A DNA stretch of 64,000 bases from Squalus acanthias (lineage: Eukaryota): positions 1 through 64,000 of the forward strand of contig JASTWF010000359.1 in NCBI GenBank assembly GCA_030390025.1, in the 5' to 3' direction. The position numbers and the translations under genes are program-made. The notes under the pieces were generated by a model, which was not told the DNA's origin, did not search any database, and saw only the letters and a list, made by a program, of their open reading frames with translations. Numbering within the stretch: position 1 is the stretch's first letter; every line of letters starts with the position of its first letter. This document shows positions 39,068 through 52,756 of the stretch, piece after piece.

Positions 39068-41898
39068 GAATCATAGAATCATAGAATGGTTACAGCACGG
39101 AAGAAGGCCATTCGGCCCGTCGAGCCCGTGCCGGCTCTCTGCAAGAGCACTTCAGCTAGTCCCACTCCCCCACCCTTACCCCGTAGCCCTGCAAATTTGT
39201 TTCCTTCAGGTATTTATCCAATTCCCTTTTGAAAGCCACGATTGAATCTGCCTCCACCACCCTCTCGGGCAGTGCATTCCAGATCATAACCACTCGCTGC
39301 GTAAAAAAGTTTTTCCTCATGTCGCCTTTGGTTCTTTTGCCAATCACCTTCAATCTGTGTCCTCTGGTTTTCGACCCTTCTGCCAATGGGAACAGTTTCT
39401 CTCTATCTACTCTGTCTAGACCCCTCATGATTTTGAACACCTCTATCAAATCTCCTCTTAATCTTTTCTGCTCTAAGGAGAACAACCCCAGCTTCTCCAG
39501 TCTATCCACGTAACTGAAGTCCCTCATCCCTGGAATCATTCTCGTAAATCTTTTCTGCACCCTCTCTAAGGCCTTCACATCCTTCCTAAAGTGTGGTGTC
39601 CAGAATTGGACACAATACTCCAGTTGTGGCCGAACCAGTGTTTTATAAAGGTTCATCATAACTTCCTTGCTTTTGTACTCTATGCCTCTATTTATGAAGC
39701 CCAGGATCCCGTATGCTTTTTTAACCGCTTTCTCAACCTGCCCTGCCACCTTCAACGATTTGTGCACATATACCCCTAGGTCCCTCTGTTCATGCACTCA
39801 CTTTAGGATTGTACCCTTTAGTTTATACTTCCTCTCCTCATTCTTTCTACCAAAATGTATCACTTCACACTTTTCTGCATTAAATTTCATCTGCCACGTG
39901 TCCGCCCATTTCACCAGCCTGTCTATGTCCTCTTGAAGTCTATAACTCTCCTCCTCACTGTTCACTATACTTCCAAGTTTTGTGTCATCTGCCAATTTTG
40001 AAATTGTGCCCTGTACACCCACGTCCAAGTCATTAATATATATCAAGAAAAGCAGTGGTCCTAGTACCGACCCCTGGAAACACCACTGTATACCTTCCTC
40101 CAGTCCGAAAAACAACTGTTCACCACTACTCTCTGTTTCCTGTCACTTAGCCAATTTCGTATCCATGCTGCCACTGTCCCTTTTATTCCATGGACTTCAA
40201 CTTTGCTGGCAAGCCTATTGTGTGGCACTTTGTCGAACGCCTTTTGGAAATCCATGTACACCACGTCAACCGCATTACCCTCATCAACCCTCTCTGTTAC
40301 CTCATCAAAAAACTCGATCAAGTTAGTTGAACACGATTTGCCTTTAACAAATCCGTGCTGGCTTTCCTTAATTAATCCACACTTGTCCAAGTGAATGTTA
40401 ATTTTGTCCCTGATTATTGTTTCTAAAAGCTTCCCCACTACCGAGGTTAAACTGACTAGCCTGTAGTTTGCTGGGTTTATCTTTACACCCTTTTTTGAAC
40501 AAGGGTTTAACATTTGCAATTCTCCAGTCTTCTGGCACCACCCCCGTATCTAAGGAGGATTGGAAGATTATGGCCAGTACCTCCGTGATTTCTTCCTTCA
40601 CTACCCTCAGCATCCTAGGATGCATCCCATCCAGTCCTGGTGACTTATCTACTTTAAGTACAGACAGCCTTTCTAGAACCTCCTCTTTATCAATTTTTAT
40701 CCTATCCAGTATCTCCTCTACCTCCTCCTTTACTATGTCTATGGCAGCATCTTCTTCCTTGGTGAAGACAGATGCAAAGTACTCGTTTAGTACCTCAGCC
40801 ATGCCCTCTGCCTCCATGCATAGGTCTCCTTTTTGGTCCCGAATCGGCCCCACCCCTCCTCTTACTACCCGTTTACTATTTATATGCCGATAGAAGACTT
40901 TTGGATTACCTTTTATGTTAGCTGCCAGTCTATTCTCATACTCTCTCTTTGCCCCATTATTTTCTTTTTCACTTCTCCTCTGAACTTTCTATATTTAGCC
41001 TGATTCTCAGATGTATTCTCGACCTGACATCTGTCATATGCGCTCTTTTTCTGCTTCATCTTACTCTCTATCTCTTTCGTCATCCAGGGAGCCCTACCTT
41101 TCCCCCAAGTGGGAATGTACCTCAACTGTACCTGAACTATTTCCTCTTTAAAGGCAGCCCATTGTTCCATTACAGTTTTGCCTGCCAATCTTTAATTCCA
41201 GTTTACCCGGGACAGATCCATTCTCATTCCACTGAAATTTGCCTTCCTCCATTTTTACTCTAGATTGCTCCCTGTCCTTTTTCATAGCAAATCGAAACCT
41301 TATGATACAATGATCACTTCCCTAAATGTTACCCTACTGACACTTGCTCCACTTGACCCACCTCATTGCCCAGAACCAGATCCAGCAATGCCTCCTTCCT
41401 CGTTGGGCCGGAAAGGTACTGATCAAGAAAGTTCTCCTGAACACACTTCAGAAATCCTTCCCCCTCTCTGCCCTTTACACTATTACTATCCCAGTCTATA
41501 TTAGGATAATTGAAGCCCCCCATTATCACTACTCTATAGTTCTTGCATCTCTCAGTAATTGCTCTGCAAATTTGTTCCTCTATATCCTTCCCACTAGTAG
41601 GTGGCCTATAGAATACACCTAGTAGTGGAATGGCACCTCTATTGTTTCTTAACTCTAACCAAATAGATTCTGTCCTTGACCCTTCCAGGACATCCTCTCT
41701 CTCCAGCACTGCAATATTCTCCTCAATCAATGCTGCCACACCACCTCCTATCTTTCCTGAACACCTGATATCCAGGAATATTTAGTACCCAATTTTGAGC
41801 CCTTTTTTGAGCCAGGTCTCCGTTACTGCCACAACATCATATTCCCACGTGGCTATTTGCTCCTGCAGCTCACCAACCTTATTAACCACGCTTCGTGC
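39068..41898 (-). mobile_element. CR1 LINE, most of ORF2 (APE endonuclease + RT), frameshifted
   Basis: GVFYRPP..MGGFNYPNIDW..LLDLVL; KSPGLDG; NYRLVSLTS; YMDFQKAFDKVPH; QGSVLGPLLFLIYIND; ADDTKL; tail (attctatg)n. Confidence 0.95.
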
Positions 41899-42399
41899 TA
41901 ATCCAATACTTGTAGTTACTGCTATTCTTCGTTGGCTATATAATATTAACACAACTTTAATAAAGTATCGGACTACCCGCTCTATCAGCTGGTATAAAGC
42001 TGGTTATGCCCGTGGAAGGAGTGTTCATGTCAGACTGTTAAACAGCCCACGAGTCCTTCCACTACTTCACACTGTCCTCCAAGGGAAGAGGGTGAAGATA
42101 CGAAAACTGCAACATGCCCACTTGACTTATTCTTCATTGCTTTCATGTATCTTACACAGCCCACAGTAAGAACGCAGAACTGGGCAGCTTTTGGCTCCAC
42201 ACCAGGGGCATTGCCGCTCTGTTATCAGAAACACGTTACAAACACATGATATGTAGCAGGGATCGAAGAGTCAAACTCGGCGAAAATGATCCTGTTAAAC
42301 AATTTGGGGTAGCTCGCGCAAATCAGATTCAAACTCAAACTAAGATGTGTGTGCCCAGAAGACTTGTCAGAAAATTAAAACAATATTTGTAGAGAAAGT

Positions 42400-42745
42400 G
42401 ATTCCAGAGACCTCTGGGTGAAAAAATCTCTCCTCAACTTCCCTCTAAACCTCCGACCAATTACTTTAAATCTATGCCCCCTGGTTATTGACCTCTCTGC
42501 TCAGGGAAATAGGTCCTTCCTATCCACTCTATCTAGACCCCTCATCATTTTATACACCTCAACTAAATCTCCCCTCAGCCTCCTCTGTTCCAAAGAAAAC
42601 AACCCCAGCCTATCCAATCTTTCCTCGTAGCTAAAATTCCCCAGCCCAGGCAACATCCTCGTAAATCTCCTTTGCACCCTCTCTAGTGCAATCACAACCT
42701 TCCTGTAATGTGGTGACCAGAACTGCACGCAGTATTCTAGCTGCC
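42400..42745 (-). mobile_element. CR1 fragment
   Basis: QFWSPHYRK..LERVQRRFTRM..RGDLVEVYKMM. Confidence 0.88.
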
Positions 42746-43029
42746 CTGAGCCAGTGCAATCAGGCAGCGTTTTAAAATGTAATTTCCTTCATGTATTTAA
42801 GAGCGGTAACTTGGTGCAGTTTGATTAACGCAGCTGAAAATAGGTGTATCACAAAAAAGAAGCATTTTTAATCAGAGTGGCAATCCACCACCTCTGAGTA
42901 ACCCGATTTTAAATGACAAATTCGTGTAAAAAAAATATAAAACTATATTCTAGTTCTATTGGGGTACATTAGTCAGATTCTTAGTAAACTAAAACAAAAA
43001 TCATGTTTAAAAGCTTTTAAAAGGTATCT

Positions 43030-43322
43030 TTTAGTGTCTTGTGCCCGAAAGTTCCAGCTTAATTTTTGGAGCCTCTTGAAGGCCCTGCAAACGAGCGCAA
43101 TAGCGGAAACTCGCCACGGTGATTAATTCAGCCGGGGGACGTGGCCAGTTGTGTGGGCGGGGCCCGCACGATGTTTTTAAAACCAGCGCAAAAGCTTGCA
43201 GAAACTCGCGTTGCGCTGGACGCAAATTGCGCTTAACATTCCGTGATCAATTGCGCGGGTTACGCCGATTGAAGCCGAATGGCGCGGAACAAAACAGCGT
43301 AATCGAGCGGAAACTCCAGGCC
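43030..43322. mobile_element. Probable terminal part of a Harbinger-like non-autonomous element
   Basis: CpG-rich tract ending aaactccaggcc, similar to the TIR of the 36554 MITE; partner end not found. Confidence 0.4.
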
Positions 43323-44439
43323 GTGATGTCCTGTCTCAACCTTTAAGAACTTAAGAATTTTCTGAAGCAGGAATAGGTCATGAGAACCAAGAGGACTGTC
43401 CCTTTTTCATAGATCAATCCCACCAATTCGCCCATCTTCTCACCATATCCCTCAATCCCCCGCTCCCCAATCATATCTCACTCTCTATTTAACCCATTTA
43501 TATTGTCCACTTCAATGTCCTTTTTATGATCATTTATTCCACAATTCAATTATCCTTTGGGTAAAATACTTACCTTTTTATTCCTCATTTTTTAATTTGT
43601 TCCGAGGATGTGTTGAATCTGAAATGGCCTCATTTATTGCCCTGAGAAGATGGTGATGCACCTTCTTGAACCGCTGCAGTCCGTGTGGCGATGATGCTCC
43701 CACTGTTAAATCATGAATTCCAGCGTTCAAACCCACTAATGATGAACACCTCACCAGAATGAACCATCTGTTTGCATCAATTTTGGCAATTCCTTTCGTA
43801 ATCGCAGAAACATTAAATCATCTCAAAGCAAGTGCAGATCAGCTTGAAAAGTGCAAAATAACCATCTGCACTGATTGGAATTTTCTAATTTGCGTGAGGA
43901 GCAGTTGTTAACCCAGCTGGGATTGTGTGAGGGGGCAGCGTTGTCATTTTAACTGTCAGGAAACAATAAAAATCATTATAAGAGCCACTTGGAATTATTT
44001 GTTGCTGATTTTGAAGAGGCTCCTGATTGTGAACCGCACTCAGCAGGAAATAAATCTCAATGATGGGGCGAGTGCCATTGTGAAGGACAATTTTTACAAT
44101 GATGCAAGAAACAAATTGGTGCCTTCTGCACTGACGAGTCTCATCAGCCACATTTCTGAAGAATTTGTATTTAGTGTATGTATCTCCCAAAGTCACGGCA
44201 CAAGGGTTGTTCTCATGAATGCAATTCGTCACCTGAGCAGGGCAAAGTCTATCGGGACGTTCAGAGGAGAATAAAACTGAAGACATACAGCCTGAAAGAA
44301 AACTCCTGTACATTTCTAGGCCTTATTATAGCAAAGCAAAGAAGGCCACCCAGCATTGGTGGGACAATCGCTGTGCTCACACAATAGGATGGGGCTTCTC
44401 GGCAACAGTTTCAGTGAAAAGTTCACCATCACCCAGGGC

Positions 44440-44680
44440 CTTCCAGGATCAACCTCAAATTGTTGTGATCTGGAACACGCTGCCTGAAAGGACGGTGGAA
44501 GCAGATTCAATAGTAGTTTTCAGAAGGGAATTGGATAAATACTTGAAGGGAAAATTTACAGGGCTGTGGGGAAAGAGCAGGGGGTTGGGGTGGGTCTAAT
44601 TGGACAGCTCTTTCAAAGAGCCGGCACAGGCACGATGGGCCAAATGGCCTCCTTCCGCACTGAATGATTCTATGATTGTA
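44440..44680 (+). mobile_element. CR1 3' end fragment
   Basis: VVIWNTLPERTVEADSIVVFRRELDKYLK followed by the 3' UTR and atgattctatgatt. Confidence 0.85.
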
Positions 44681-44684
44681 TGTT

Positions 44685-45210
44685 ACACTGAAGTATGGTA
44701 CATTGCAGTGTTACAGTGCAATATGTTATAGGGAACAGTATATTGTGGTGCAGTGTCTTACAAATTAGTATGTTGCAGTACATATAGTACACTTTTGATA
44801 GTGCAGTTTGTCACTGTACAGTATGTTACAGTGCAGTATGTTCAAGTACAGTGGTCTACAGTGCAAAATATTACAGTATACAGTGCAGGTTACAATGGAA
44901 TATATTACATTGCAGTGTGTTACAATACACTGTGGTACAGCGCGGTACATAACAGTACAGTATGTTACTGTAGCGTGTGTTATAGTGCAGTCTGTTACAA
45001 TATTTACTGTACAGTTTGTTACAGCACAGTATGATCTCATGCTCTATGTTACTGTACAGTGTGTTCCAATGCACTGTTACAATACAGAATGTGGCAATGC
45101 CGTATCTTCCAGTGCCAACACAAGAGGCTGCAGAGCTGTTACAGTACATCATGATATGCAACAGTATGGTATGTTAGAGTGTCTTGCATTGCAACGCAGT
45201 ATATTAGTGC
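44685..45210. repeat. Degenerate low-complexity repeat rich in tacagt/gttacagtgcagta
   Basis: Recurrent tgttaca / cagtatg words (VTVQYVTVQY-like translation), heavily diverged. Confidence 0.7.
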
Positions 45211-45374
45211 ACAATATTGACACAATTAACATCTTCAAATCGGAGGAGGAAGGGTTATGTGCATTCGTTGTTTTAATGAATTATAAAGCTACTTTTTATT
45301 TTCTGCTTTTAATTCTCTCAAATTTCTCCTTTCATCCTCTTCAGAAGGTGATCACCCTTTGCCACAGGTTCTAT

Positions 45375-45870
45375 GGATTACATAGGATTACATAGGATAT
45401 ACGGCACAGAAACAGGCCATTCGGCCCAACCAGTCCATGCCGGCGTTTATGCTCCACTCGAGCCTCCTCCCGCCTTTCCTCATCTAAATCTATCAGCATA
45501 ACCCCCTATTCCCTTTTCCCTCATATGCTTGTCCAGCCTCCCCTTAAATGTATCTATACTATTCGCTCCAACCACTCCCTGTGGTAGCGAGTTCCACATT
45601 CTCACCACTCTTTGGGTAAAGAAGTTTCTTCTGAATTCCCTATTGGATTTCTTGGTGACTGTCTTATATTGATGGCCTCTAGTTTTGCTCTTCCCCACAA
45701 GTGGAAACATTCTCTCTGTATCCACTCTATCAAAACCTTTCATAATTTTAAAGACTTCTATTAGGTCATCCCTCAGCCTTCTTTATTCAAGAGAAAAGAG
45801 ACCCAGCCCGTTCATCCTTTCCTGATATGTAAACCCTCGCATTTCTGGTATCATCCTTGTAAATCTTCTC
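45375..45870 (-). mobile_element. CR1 3' fragment
   Basis: [31 protein letters not shown]; tail seen as (ggattacata)n on +. Confidence 0.9.
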
Positions 45871-45927
45871 TATGGGTGCAGGCTGACCTCTGAACTCTCA
45901 CCTAGGTGGCTATTATAGGTGAAATGA

Positions 45928-46028
45928 CAGTGAGTGGAGACAGACTGTCCAGACGGTCCGATCCTGTCCTGACCAGGCAGTGAGTGGGGACAGACTGTCC
46001 AGACGGTCCGATCCTGTCCTGACCAGGC
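45928..46028. repeat. 50-bp direct tandem duplication (2 copies)
   Basis: cagtgagtggRgacagactgtccagacggtccgatcctgtcctgaccagg at 45928 and 45978. Confidence 0.9.
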
Positions 46029-46079
46029 TGGAGGTCGTCTGGAGGACGAGTTACCAAATACAGTTACCAAAACCAGACC

Positions 46080-47986
46080 AAATACAATAAGTTGAGAGGG
46101 AATGTGAAGATGAAAATAAGATTGGCAAAGAGAGAATATGAGAGTAGAATGGCGGTTAACATAAAAGGGAACCCAAAAATCTTCTACCAGCATGTAAACA
46201 GTAAGCGGGTAGTAAGAGGCGGGGTGGGGCCTGTTAGAGACAAAGAAGGTGATATATGCTTAGAGGCACAGGGCAAGGCTAGAATACTCAATGAGTACTT
46301 TGTATCGGTGTTTACTGAGGAAGAGGATGCTGACAAAATATCGGTAGAAGTAGAAATGGTAGAGGTAATGGATGGGGTGAAAATTGATAGACAGGATGTA
46401 CTAGAAAGACTGGGTATGCTTAGAGTGGATAAGTCGCCTGGTCCAGATGGCTTGCATCCCAGGTTGCGAAGGGAATTGGGGGAGGAGATAGCGGAAGGGC
46501 TTGCCATAATCTTCCAATCTTCCCTAGATGCGGGGGAGGTGCCTGAGGATTGGAAAGTGGCAAATGTGACACCATTGTTCAAGAAAGGGTGTGAGGACAA
46601 TCCTAATAACTACAGGCCGGTCAGTTTAACATCAGTGGTGGGTAAAGTTTTAGAAACAATAATCAAGGAAAAAATTAATGTGCACTTGGAGAGGTTTAAG
46701 TTAATTAAGGAGAGCCAACACGGGTTTGTAAAAGGCCAATCGTGTTTGACTAATCTAATTGAATTTTTTTGAATTTGAAGTAACAAGGAGGATTGATGAA
46801 AGGAATGCAATGGATGTTGTCTACATGGATTTTAGGAAGGCGTTTGACAAAGTACCACATAAAAGGCTGGTTAACAAAATTGAGCTTCATGGAATAGGTG
46901 GGTCAGTGGCAGCTTGGATAAGGAATTGGCTTAAGACAGAAAACAGCGAGTTGTGGTAAATGGCAGTTTTTCAGACTGGAGGATGGTAGACAGTGGTGTT
47001 CCCCAAGAGTCAGTGCTGGGGCCACTGCATTTTTTGATATATATAAATGACCTGGATATTGGATTACAGAGTAGAATTTCTAAATTTGCCGATGACACCA
47101 AACTTGGGGGTGTGGCAAACAGTGAGGATGATGCCAATCGACTGCAACAGGACATAGATAGGCTAGCAGAATGGGCAGACAAGTGGCAGATGGAATTTAA
47201 TACAGAGAAGTGTGAGGTGATGCATTTTGGCAGAAGGAACAGGGAGAGGCAAGATACACTTCATGGCACAGTTTTAAAGAGTGTGCAGGGACAGAGGAAC
47301 CTGGGAGTTAATGTGCATAGGTCCCTGAAGGTAGCAGGACATATTGAGAGAGTGGTTAGCAAAGCATATGGGATCTTGGGCTTCATAAATAGAGGTATTG
47401 AGTACAAAAGTAGAGAAGTTATGCTGAACCTTTATAAAGCGCTGGTTAGGCCACAACTGGAGTATTGCGTCCAGTTCTGGTCACCACACTTTAGGAAGGA
47501 TGTGAAAGCACTTGAGAGGGTGCAGAGTAGATTTACCAGAAAGGTTCCGGGGATGGGGGATCTTAGCTACAAGGACAGGTTGGAGAAGCTGGATTTGTTT
47601 TCATTAGAGCAAAGGAGGTTGAGGGGTGATTTGATAGAGGTGTACAAGATTATGACGGATTTGGATAGGCTAGACGGGGAAAGACCCGTTCCCACTAGTT
47701 GATGGTACAAGGACTAGGGGACACAGACCAAGAGATACAGGGGGGATGTGAGGAAAAACTTTTTTACGCAGCGAGTGGTGAGGACCTGGAACTCGCTGCC
47801 GACGGAAGTGGTGGAAGCGGAGACATTCAACGTTTTCAAGGGGAGACTGGATAGACACTTGAGGGAAATATACTTGCAGGGCTACGGGGATAGAGCGGGG
47901 GAATGGGACTGACTGGATTGCTCTACAGAGAGCCGTCACGGACTCGATGGGCCGAATGGCCTCCTTCTGTGCCGTTATGACTCGAT
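46080..47986 (+). mobile_element. 5'-truncated CR1 LINE (RT domain to tail)
   Basis: KSPGPDGLHP, NYRPVSLTS, QHGF, YMDFRKAFDKVPH, FADDTKL and LVRPQLEYCVQFWSP in three frameshifted ORFs. Confidence 0.95.
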
Positions 47987-48812
47987 GGGGGCAATTTTGC
48001 CAGCCCTGGGGAGGCAGGTATGGAGGCGGGACTGCCTGGAAAATGGCAGAATTTGGGGGCGGGTACCCAACCCGCTTCCATGCCATCTTCCTAGGAGGCG
48101 GGTAGCTGTCCCGCGCCGGGTCCCGTCTCCTTGGCGGCGGGAAGGGATTAAAGCCTATTAACTGCCTGTTAACAGGCAGAAAATAGGATTAACCCCTTTT
48201 TGCCCACACAGGTGCGGGCTTCCCGAAGGCTCCGAAACCCGCCAGCTCAGCGAGGTGAGTACTGGGTTTGCGGGGGTCGGGGGGGATGCAAAAGTGTGGT
48301 GTGAAGGTAAGTGATGGGTGCAAGAGTATAGAGGTGAGTATCTGAGGTAAGTGCAAAGTGTTTTTAAAAGTGTACTTACCTTTGTTTCTTCCTGCAGGCT
48401 TCAGTCGGTTTGTATGCGGAGAGTCTCGGACCTCCGTGTTGGAGATGAGAGATGGCCGTTGCATTCTCAGATGCAACAAACATCTCATTTCTCTAAAAGA
48501 AAGAAGTTTGATGAGGTCTTGAATTCAAGAACTCATCAAACTACAGAGAATGTCAGTGTTTGACAGCTTCACAGAGCTGTCAAACGATGACAATTCATCT
48601 GTCAAAAATGTTTGACAGATGAAACGTCATTCGTTGACGTTCTCTGCAACCGGCTTTCCCTTAATTGGCCTGCTAAACCCGCTGGGCTGGCTTAACAAGG
48701 TCAATCAAGGGAAAATAGCATGGGTTGGCCACAAATCGATGGAGGCGGGACTAAAACCCGACAAGCAGCAGTCCCGCCTCCAACGCGCCCCCCCATTCAC
48801 AAAATCGCCCCC
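47987..48812. mobile_element. ~826-bp non-autonomous TIR element (Harbinger-like MITE) in the CR1 tail
   Basis: TIR gggggcaattttg / caaaatcgccccc (13 bp, 1 mismatch). The CR1 tail resumes after it (gactctatgactct). TSD not clean. Confidence 0.7.
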
Positions 48813-49504
48813 TGAGACTCTATGACTCTCGGTCACAGACCTGAAACGTTAACTCTGTTTCATGGAAAGTGGGGTGATGCAAGGATCAGTGCTTGGGCCT
48901 CAGCTATTTACAATCTATATTAATGACTTAGATGAAGGGACTGAGTGTAATGTATCCTAGTTTGCTGACGATACAAAGCTAGGTGGGACAGTAAGCTGTG
49001 AAGAGCCTGCAAAGGGATATAGACAGGTTAAGTGAATGGAGAGTAAGGTGGCAGATGGAGTATAACATGGGGAAATGTGAGGTTATTCACTTTGGTAGGA
49101 AGAGTAGAAAAACAGAATATTTTTTAAATGGTGAGAAACTTTCAAATGTTGGTGTTCAGAGAGATTTGGGTGTCCTTGTGCAAGAAACACAGAAAGCTAG
49201 CAATAAGCAAGGCAAATGGCATGTTGGCCTTTATTGCAAGGGGGTTGGAGTATAAGAGTAAGGAAGTCTTGCTACAATTATACAGGGCCTTGGTGAGACC
49301 ACACCTGGAGTACTGTGCACAGTTCTGGTCTCCTTATCAAAGGAAGGATATACTTGCCTTAGAGGCGGTGCAATGAAGGTTCACTAGATTGATTCCTGGG
49401 ATGAGAGGGCTGTCCTATGAGGAGAGATTGAGTAGAATGGGCCTGTACTCTCTGGAGTTTAGAAGAATGAGAGGTGATCTCATTGAAACATACAGATTCT
49501 GAAG

Positions 49505-51500
49505 GCCATTGACAGGGTAGATGCTGAGGGGCATTGACAGGGTAGATCACAGAATCCCCACAGTGCAGATAGAGGCCATTTCGGCCCATCGAGCCTGCAC
49601 CGACACATATCCCACCCTATCCCTGTAACCCCACGTATTTAATCCCCCTAACACTAAGGGTCAATTTATCATAGCCAAATCAACCTAACCCGCACATCTT
49701 TGGACTGAGGGGCATTGACAGGGTAGATGCTGAGGGGCATTGACAGGGTAGATACTGAGGGGGATTGACAGGGTAGGTGCTGAGGGGGATTGACAGGGTA
49801 GGTGCTGAGGGGGATTGACAGGGTAGATGCTGAGGGGTATATTCAGGGTAGATGCTGAGAGGGATTGACAGGGTAGATGCTGAGGGGCATTGACAGGGTA
49901 GATACTGAGGGGGATTGACAGGGTAGATACTGAGGGGCATTAACAGGGTAGGTGCTGAGGGGGATTGACAGGGTAGGTGCTGAGGGGGATTGACAGGGTA
50001 GGTGCTGAGGGGGATTGACAGGGTAGATGCTGAGGGGCATTGACAGGGTAGATACTGAGGGGGATTGACAGGGTAGATACTGAGGGGCATTGACAGGGTA
50101 GATGCTGAGGGGGATTGACAGGGTAGATACTGAGGGGCATTGACATGGTAGATGCTGAGGGGCATTGACAGGGTAGATACTGAGAGGGATTGACAGGGTA
50201 GATGCTGAGGGGGATTGACAGGGTAGATACTGAGGGGGATTGACAGGGTAGATATTGAGGGGGATTGACAGGGTAGATACTGAGGGGGATTGACAGGGTA
50301 GATGCTGAGAGGGATTGACAGGGTCGATACTGAGGGGGATTGACAGGGTAGATACTGAGGGGGATTGACAGGGTAGATACTGAGGGGGATTGACAGGGTA
50401 GATGCTGAGAGGGATTGACAGGGTAGATACTGAGGGGCATTGACAGGGTAGATACTGAGGGGCATTGACAGGGTAGATACTGAGGGGCATTGACAGGGTA
50501 GATACTGAGGGGCATTGACAGGGTAGATACTGAGGGGCATTGACAGGGTAGATGCTGAGGGGCATTGACAGGGTAGATACTGAGGGGCATTGACAGGGTA
50601 GATGCTGAGGGGCATTGACAGGGTAGATGCTGAGAGGGATTGACAGGGTAGATACTGAGGGGGATTGACAGGGTAGATGCTGAGGGGGATTGACAGGGTA
50701 GATGCTGAGGGGCATTGACAGGGTAGATACTGAGAGGCATTGACAGGGTAGATACTGAGAGGGATTGACAGGGTAGATGCTGAGGGGGATTGACAGGGTA
50801 GATGCTGAGGGGCATTGACAGGGTAGATACTGAGAGGGATTGACAGGGTAGATACTGAGAGGGATTGACAGGGTAGATGCTGAGGGGGATTGACAGGGTA
50901 GATACTGAGGGGCATTGACAGGGTAGATGCTGAGGGGTATATTCAGGGTAGATGCTGAGGGGGATTGACAGGGTAGTTGTTGAGGGGGATTGACAGGGTA
51001 GATGCTGAGGGGTATATTCAGGGTAGATGCTGAGGGGGATTGACAGGGTAGATGCTGAGGGGCATTGACAGGGTAGATACTGAGGGGGATTGACAGGGTA
51101 GATACTGAGGGGGATTGACAGGGTAGATGCTGAGAGGGATTGACAGGGTAGATGCTGAGGGGCATTGACAGGGTAGATACTGAGAGGGATTGACAGGGTA
51201 GATGCTGAGATGGATTGACAGGGTAGATACTGAGAGGGATTGACAGGGTAGATACTGAGGGGGACAGGGTAGATGCTGAGGGGGATTGACAGGGTAGATG
51301 CTGAGAGGCATTGACAGGGTAGATGCTGAGGGGGACACGGTAGATGCTGAGGGGGATTGACAGGGTAGATGCTGAGGGGCATTGACAGGGTAGATGCTGA
51401 GGTGCATTGACAGGGTAGATGCTGAGAGGGATTGACAGGGTAGATACTGAGGGGATTGACAGGGTAGATACTGAGGGGGATTGACAGGGTAGATACTGAG
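49505..51500. repeat. 24-bp minisatellite GGGATTGACAGGGTAGATRCTGAG, roughly 75 copies
   Basis: Directly visible; the unit equals the CR1 ORF2 codons for GIDRVD(A/T)E. Confidence 0.97.
49546..49705 (-). mobile_element. SINE 3' fragment, HE1-like (CR1/HER1-tailed shark SINE)
   Basis: Minus strand agtccaaagatgtgcgggttaggttgattt..gatgggccgaaatggcctct..gcactgtggggattctgtgat, with a CR1-type tail; family name from memory. Confidence 0.65.
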
Positions 51501-52017
51501 AGGTTGTTTCCCCTGGCTGGAGTGTCTAGAACTAGGGGGCATAGTCTCAGGATAAGGGGTCGGCCATTTAAGACTGAGATGAGGAGGAATTTCTTCACTC
51601 AGAGGGTTGTGAATCTTTGGAATTCTCTGCCCCAAAGGGCTGTGAATGCTGAGTCTTTGAGTATATTCAAGGCTGAGACAGATAGATTTTTGGACTCTAG
51701 AGGAATCAAGGGATATGGAGATCAGGCGGGAAAGTGGAGTTGAGGTCGATGATCAGCCATGATCTTATTGAATGGCGGAGCAGGCTCGAGGGCCGTATGG
51801 CCTACTCCTGCTCCTATTTCTTATGGTCTTATGTTCTTAAGGGGAACCAAGGGGAGATAGAGAAGAATGTCCCACTCCTTTTAAGCTGTTGGTGCTGGGG
51901 GTTCCTGCTCAGTTTCATAAGATTGATAATGCCCAGTGGGGGGAGTTATTTAAACAAAGGCAGCTGTTTATTCTCTTGTCAGGTTTAATTCTCCCTACAT
52001 CTTCTCTGTGTTTACCC

Positions 52018-52240
52018 TATCAAAACCTTTCATAATCTATCAGGTCACCCCTCAGTCTTAGCTTTTCCAGAGAAAAGAGCCCCAGCCTGTTCAATCTTTC
52101 CTGATAGGTATAGCCTCTCAGTTCCAGTATCATTCTAGTAAATCTTTTTAGCACCTTCTCCAGTGCCTCTATATCCTTTTTATAATATGGAGACCAGGTG
52201 TGCACAGTGCTGCCAGTGTGGTCCAACCAAGGTTCGATAC
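52018..52240 (-). mobile_element. CR1 fragment
   Basis: WSPYYKKDIEALEKVLKRFTRMI..RLGLFSLEKLRLRGDLI. Confidence 0.85.
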
Positions 52241-52756
52241 AAGCGGCGGACCTGCGAGAGGCACAGAGTCAGCGAGAGGAGGATAAAAGGAGCGCGGAGA
52301 GGAGGCCTGGGACAGGGGCTGAGCGGCGGACCTGTGAGAGGCACAGAGTCAGCGAGAGGAACTCAGCACAGGAGTGACGTCAGAATTCAGAAGTGAGGTG
52401 GTCAGAGGGGAGCTGATTGGTGAGTAGCTGGTGGGTATTTTCTGTTAAGATTTTTGTTCAGTTTTAAGTGTATTTCTGCGGAGTAGTTCATAGCCCATTA
52501 CTAGAGGGAGAGCGCTCATTGGTGAGTTGCAGGTGAGTGTTTTTGTTAAGTTTTTAAGTTTATTTCGCGGGCTTTTTTACAGGGGCCAGTGTCGGGAGTG
52601 GAGAGAGCAGCAGCACAGTGAGTAGTTAAACTCACTTTCGTGGGCTTTTTACAGAGGCCAGTGTCAGGAAAGGGCCCTTGAGTATATCATTTAATTGAAG
52701 TGAAATTGGTGGGATTCATTTAATTTAATTTTAATTAATTAATTAAAGGGTAAGTC

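Larger units (their letters stand above)
48860..51838 (+). mobile_element. 5'-truncated CR1 LINE containing an internal minisatellite expansion and a SINE
   Basis: [32 protein letters not shown] before 49500; RLFPLAGVSRTRGHSL..FFTQRVVNLWNSLP and tail after 51500. Confidence 0.93.

Noticed and set aside
43885..44387. Short ORFs in unique sequence as further host exons
   Set aside because: No recognisable motif, no match to the expected next ZNF804 exon and no convincing splice pair; cannot be excluded without a search.
49680..51635. 411-552 aa minus-strand ORFs (PLSIYPVN repeats)
   Set aside because: Antisense translation of the 24-bp minisatellite.
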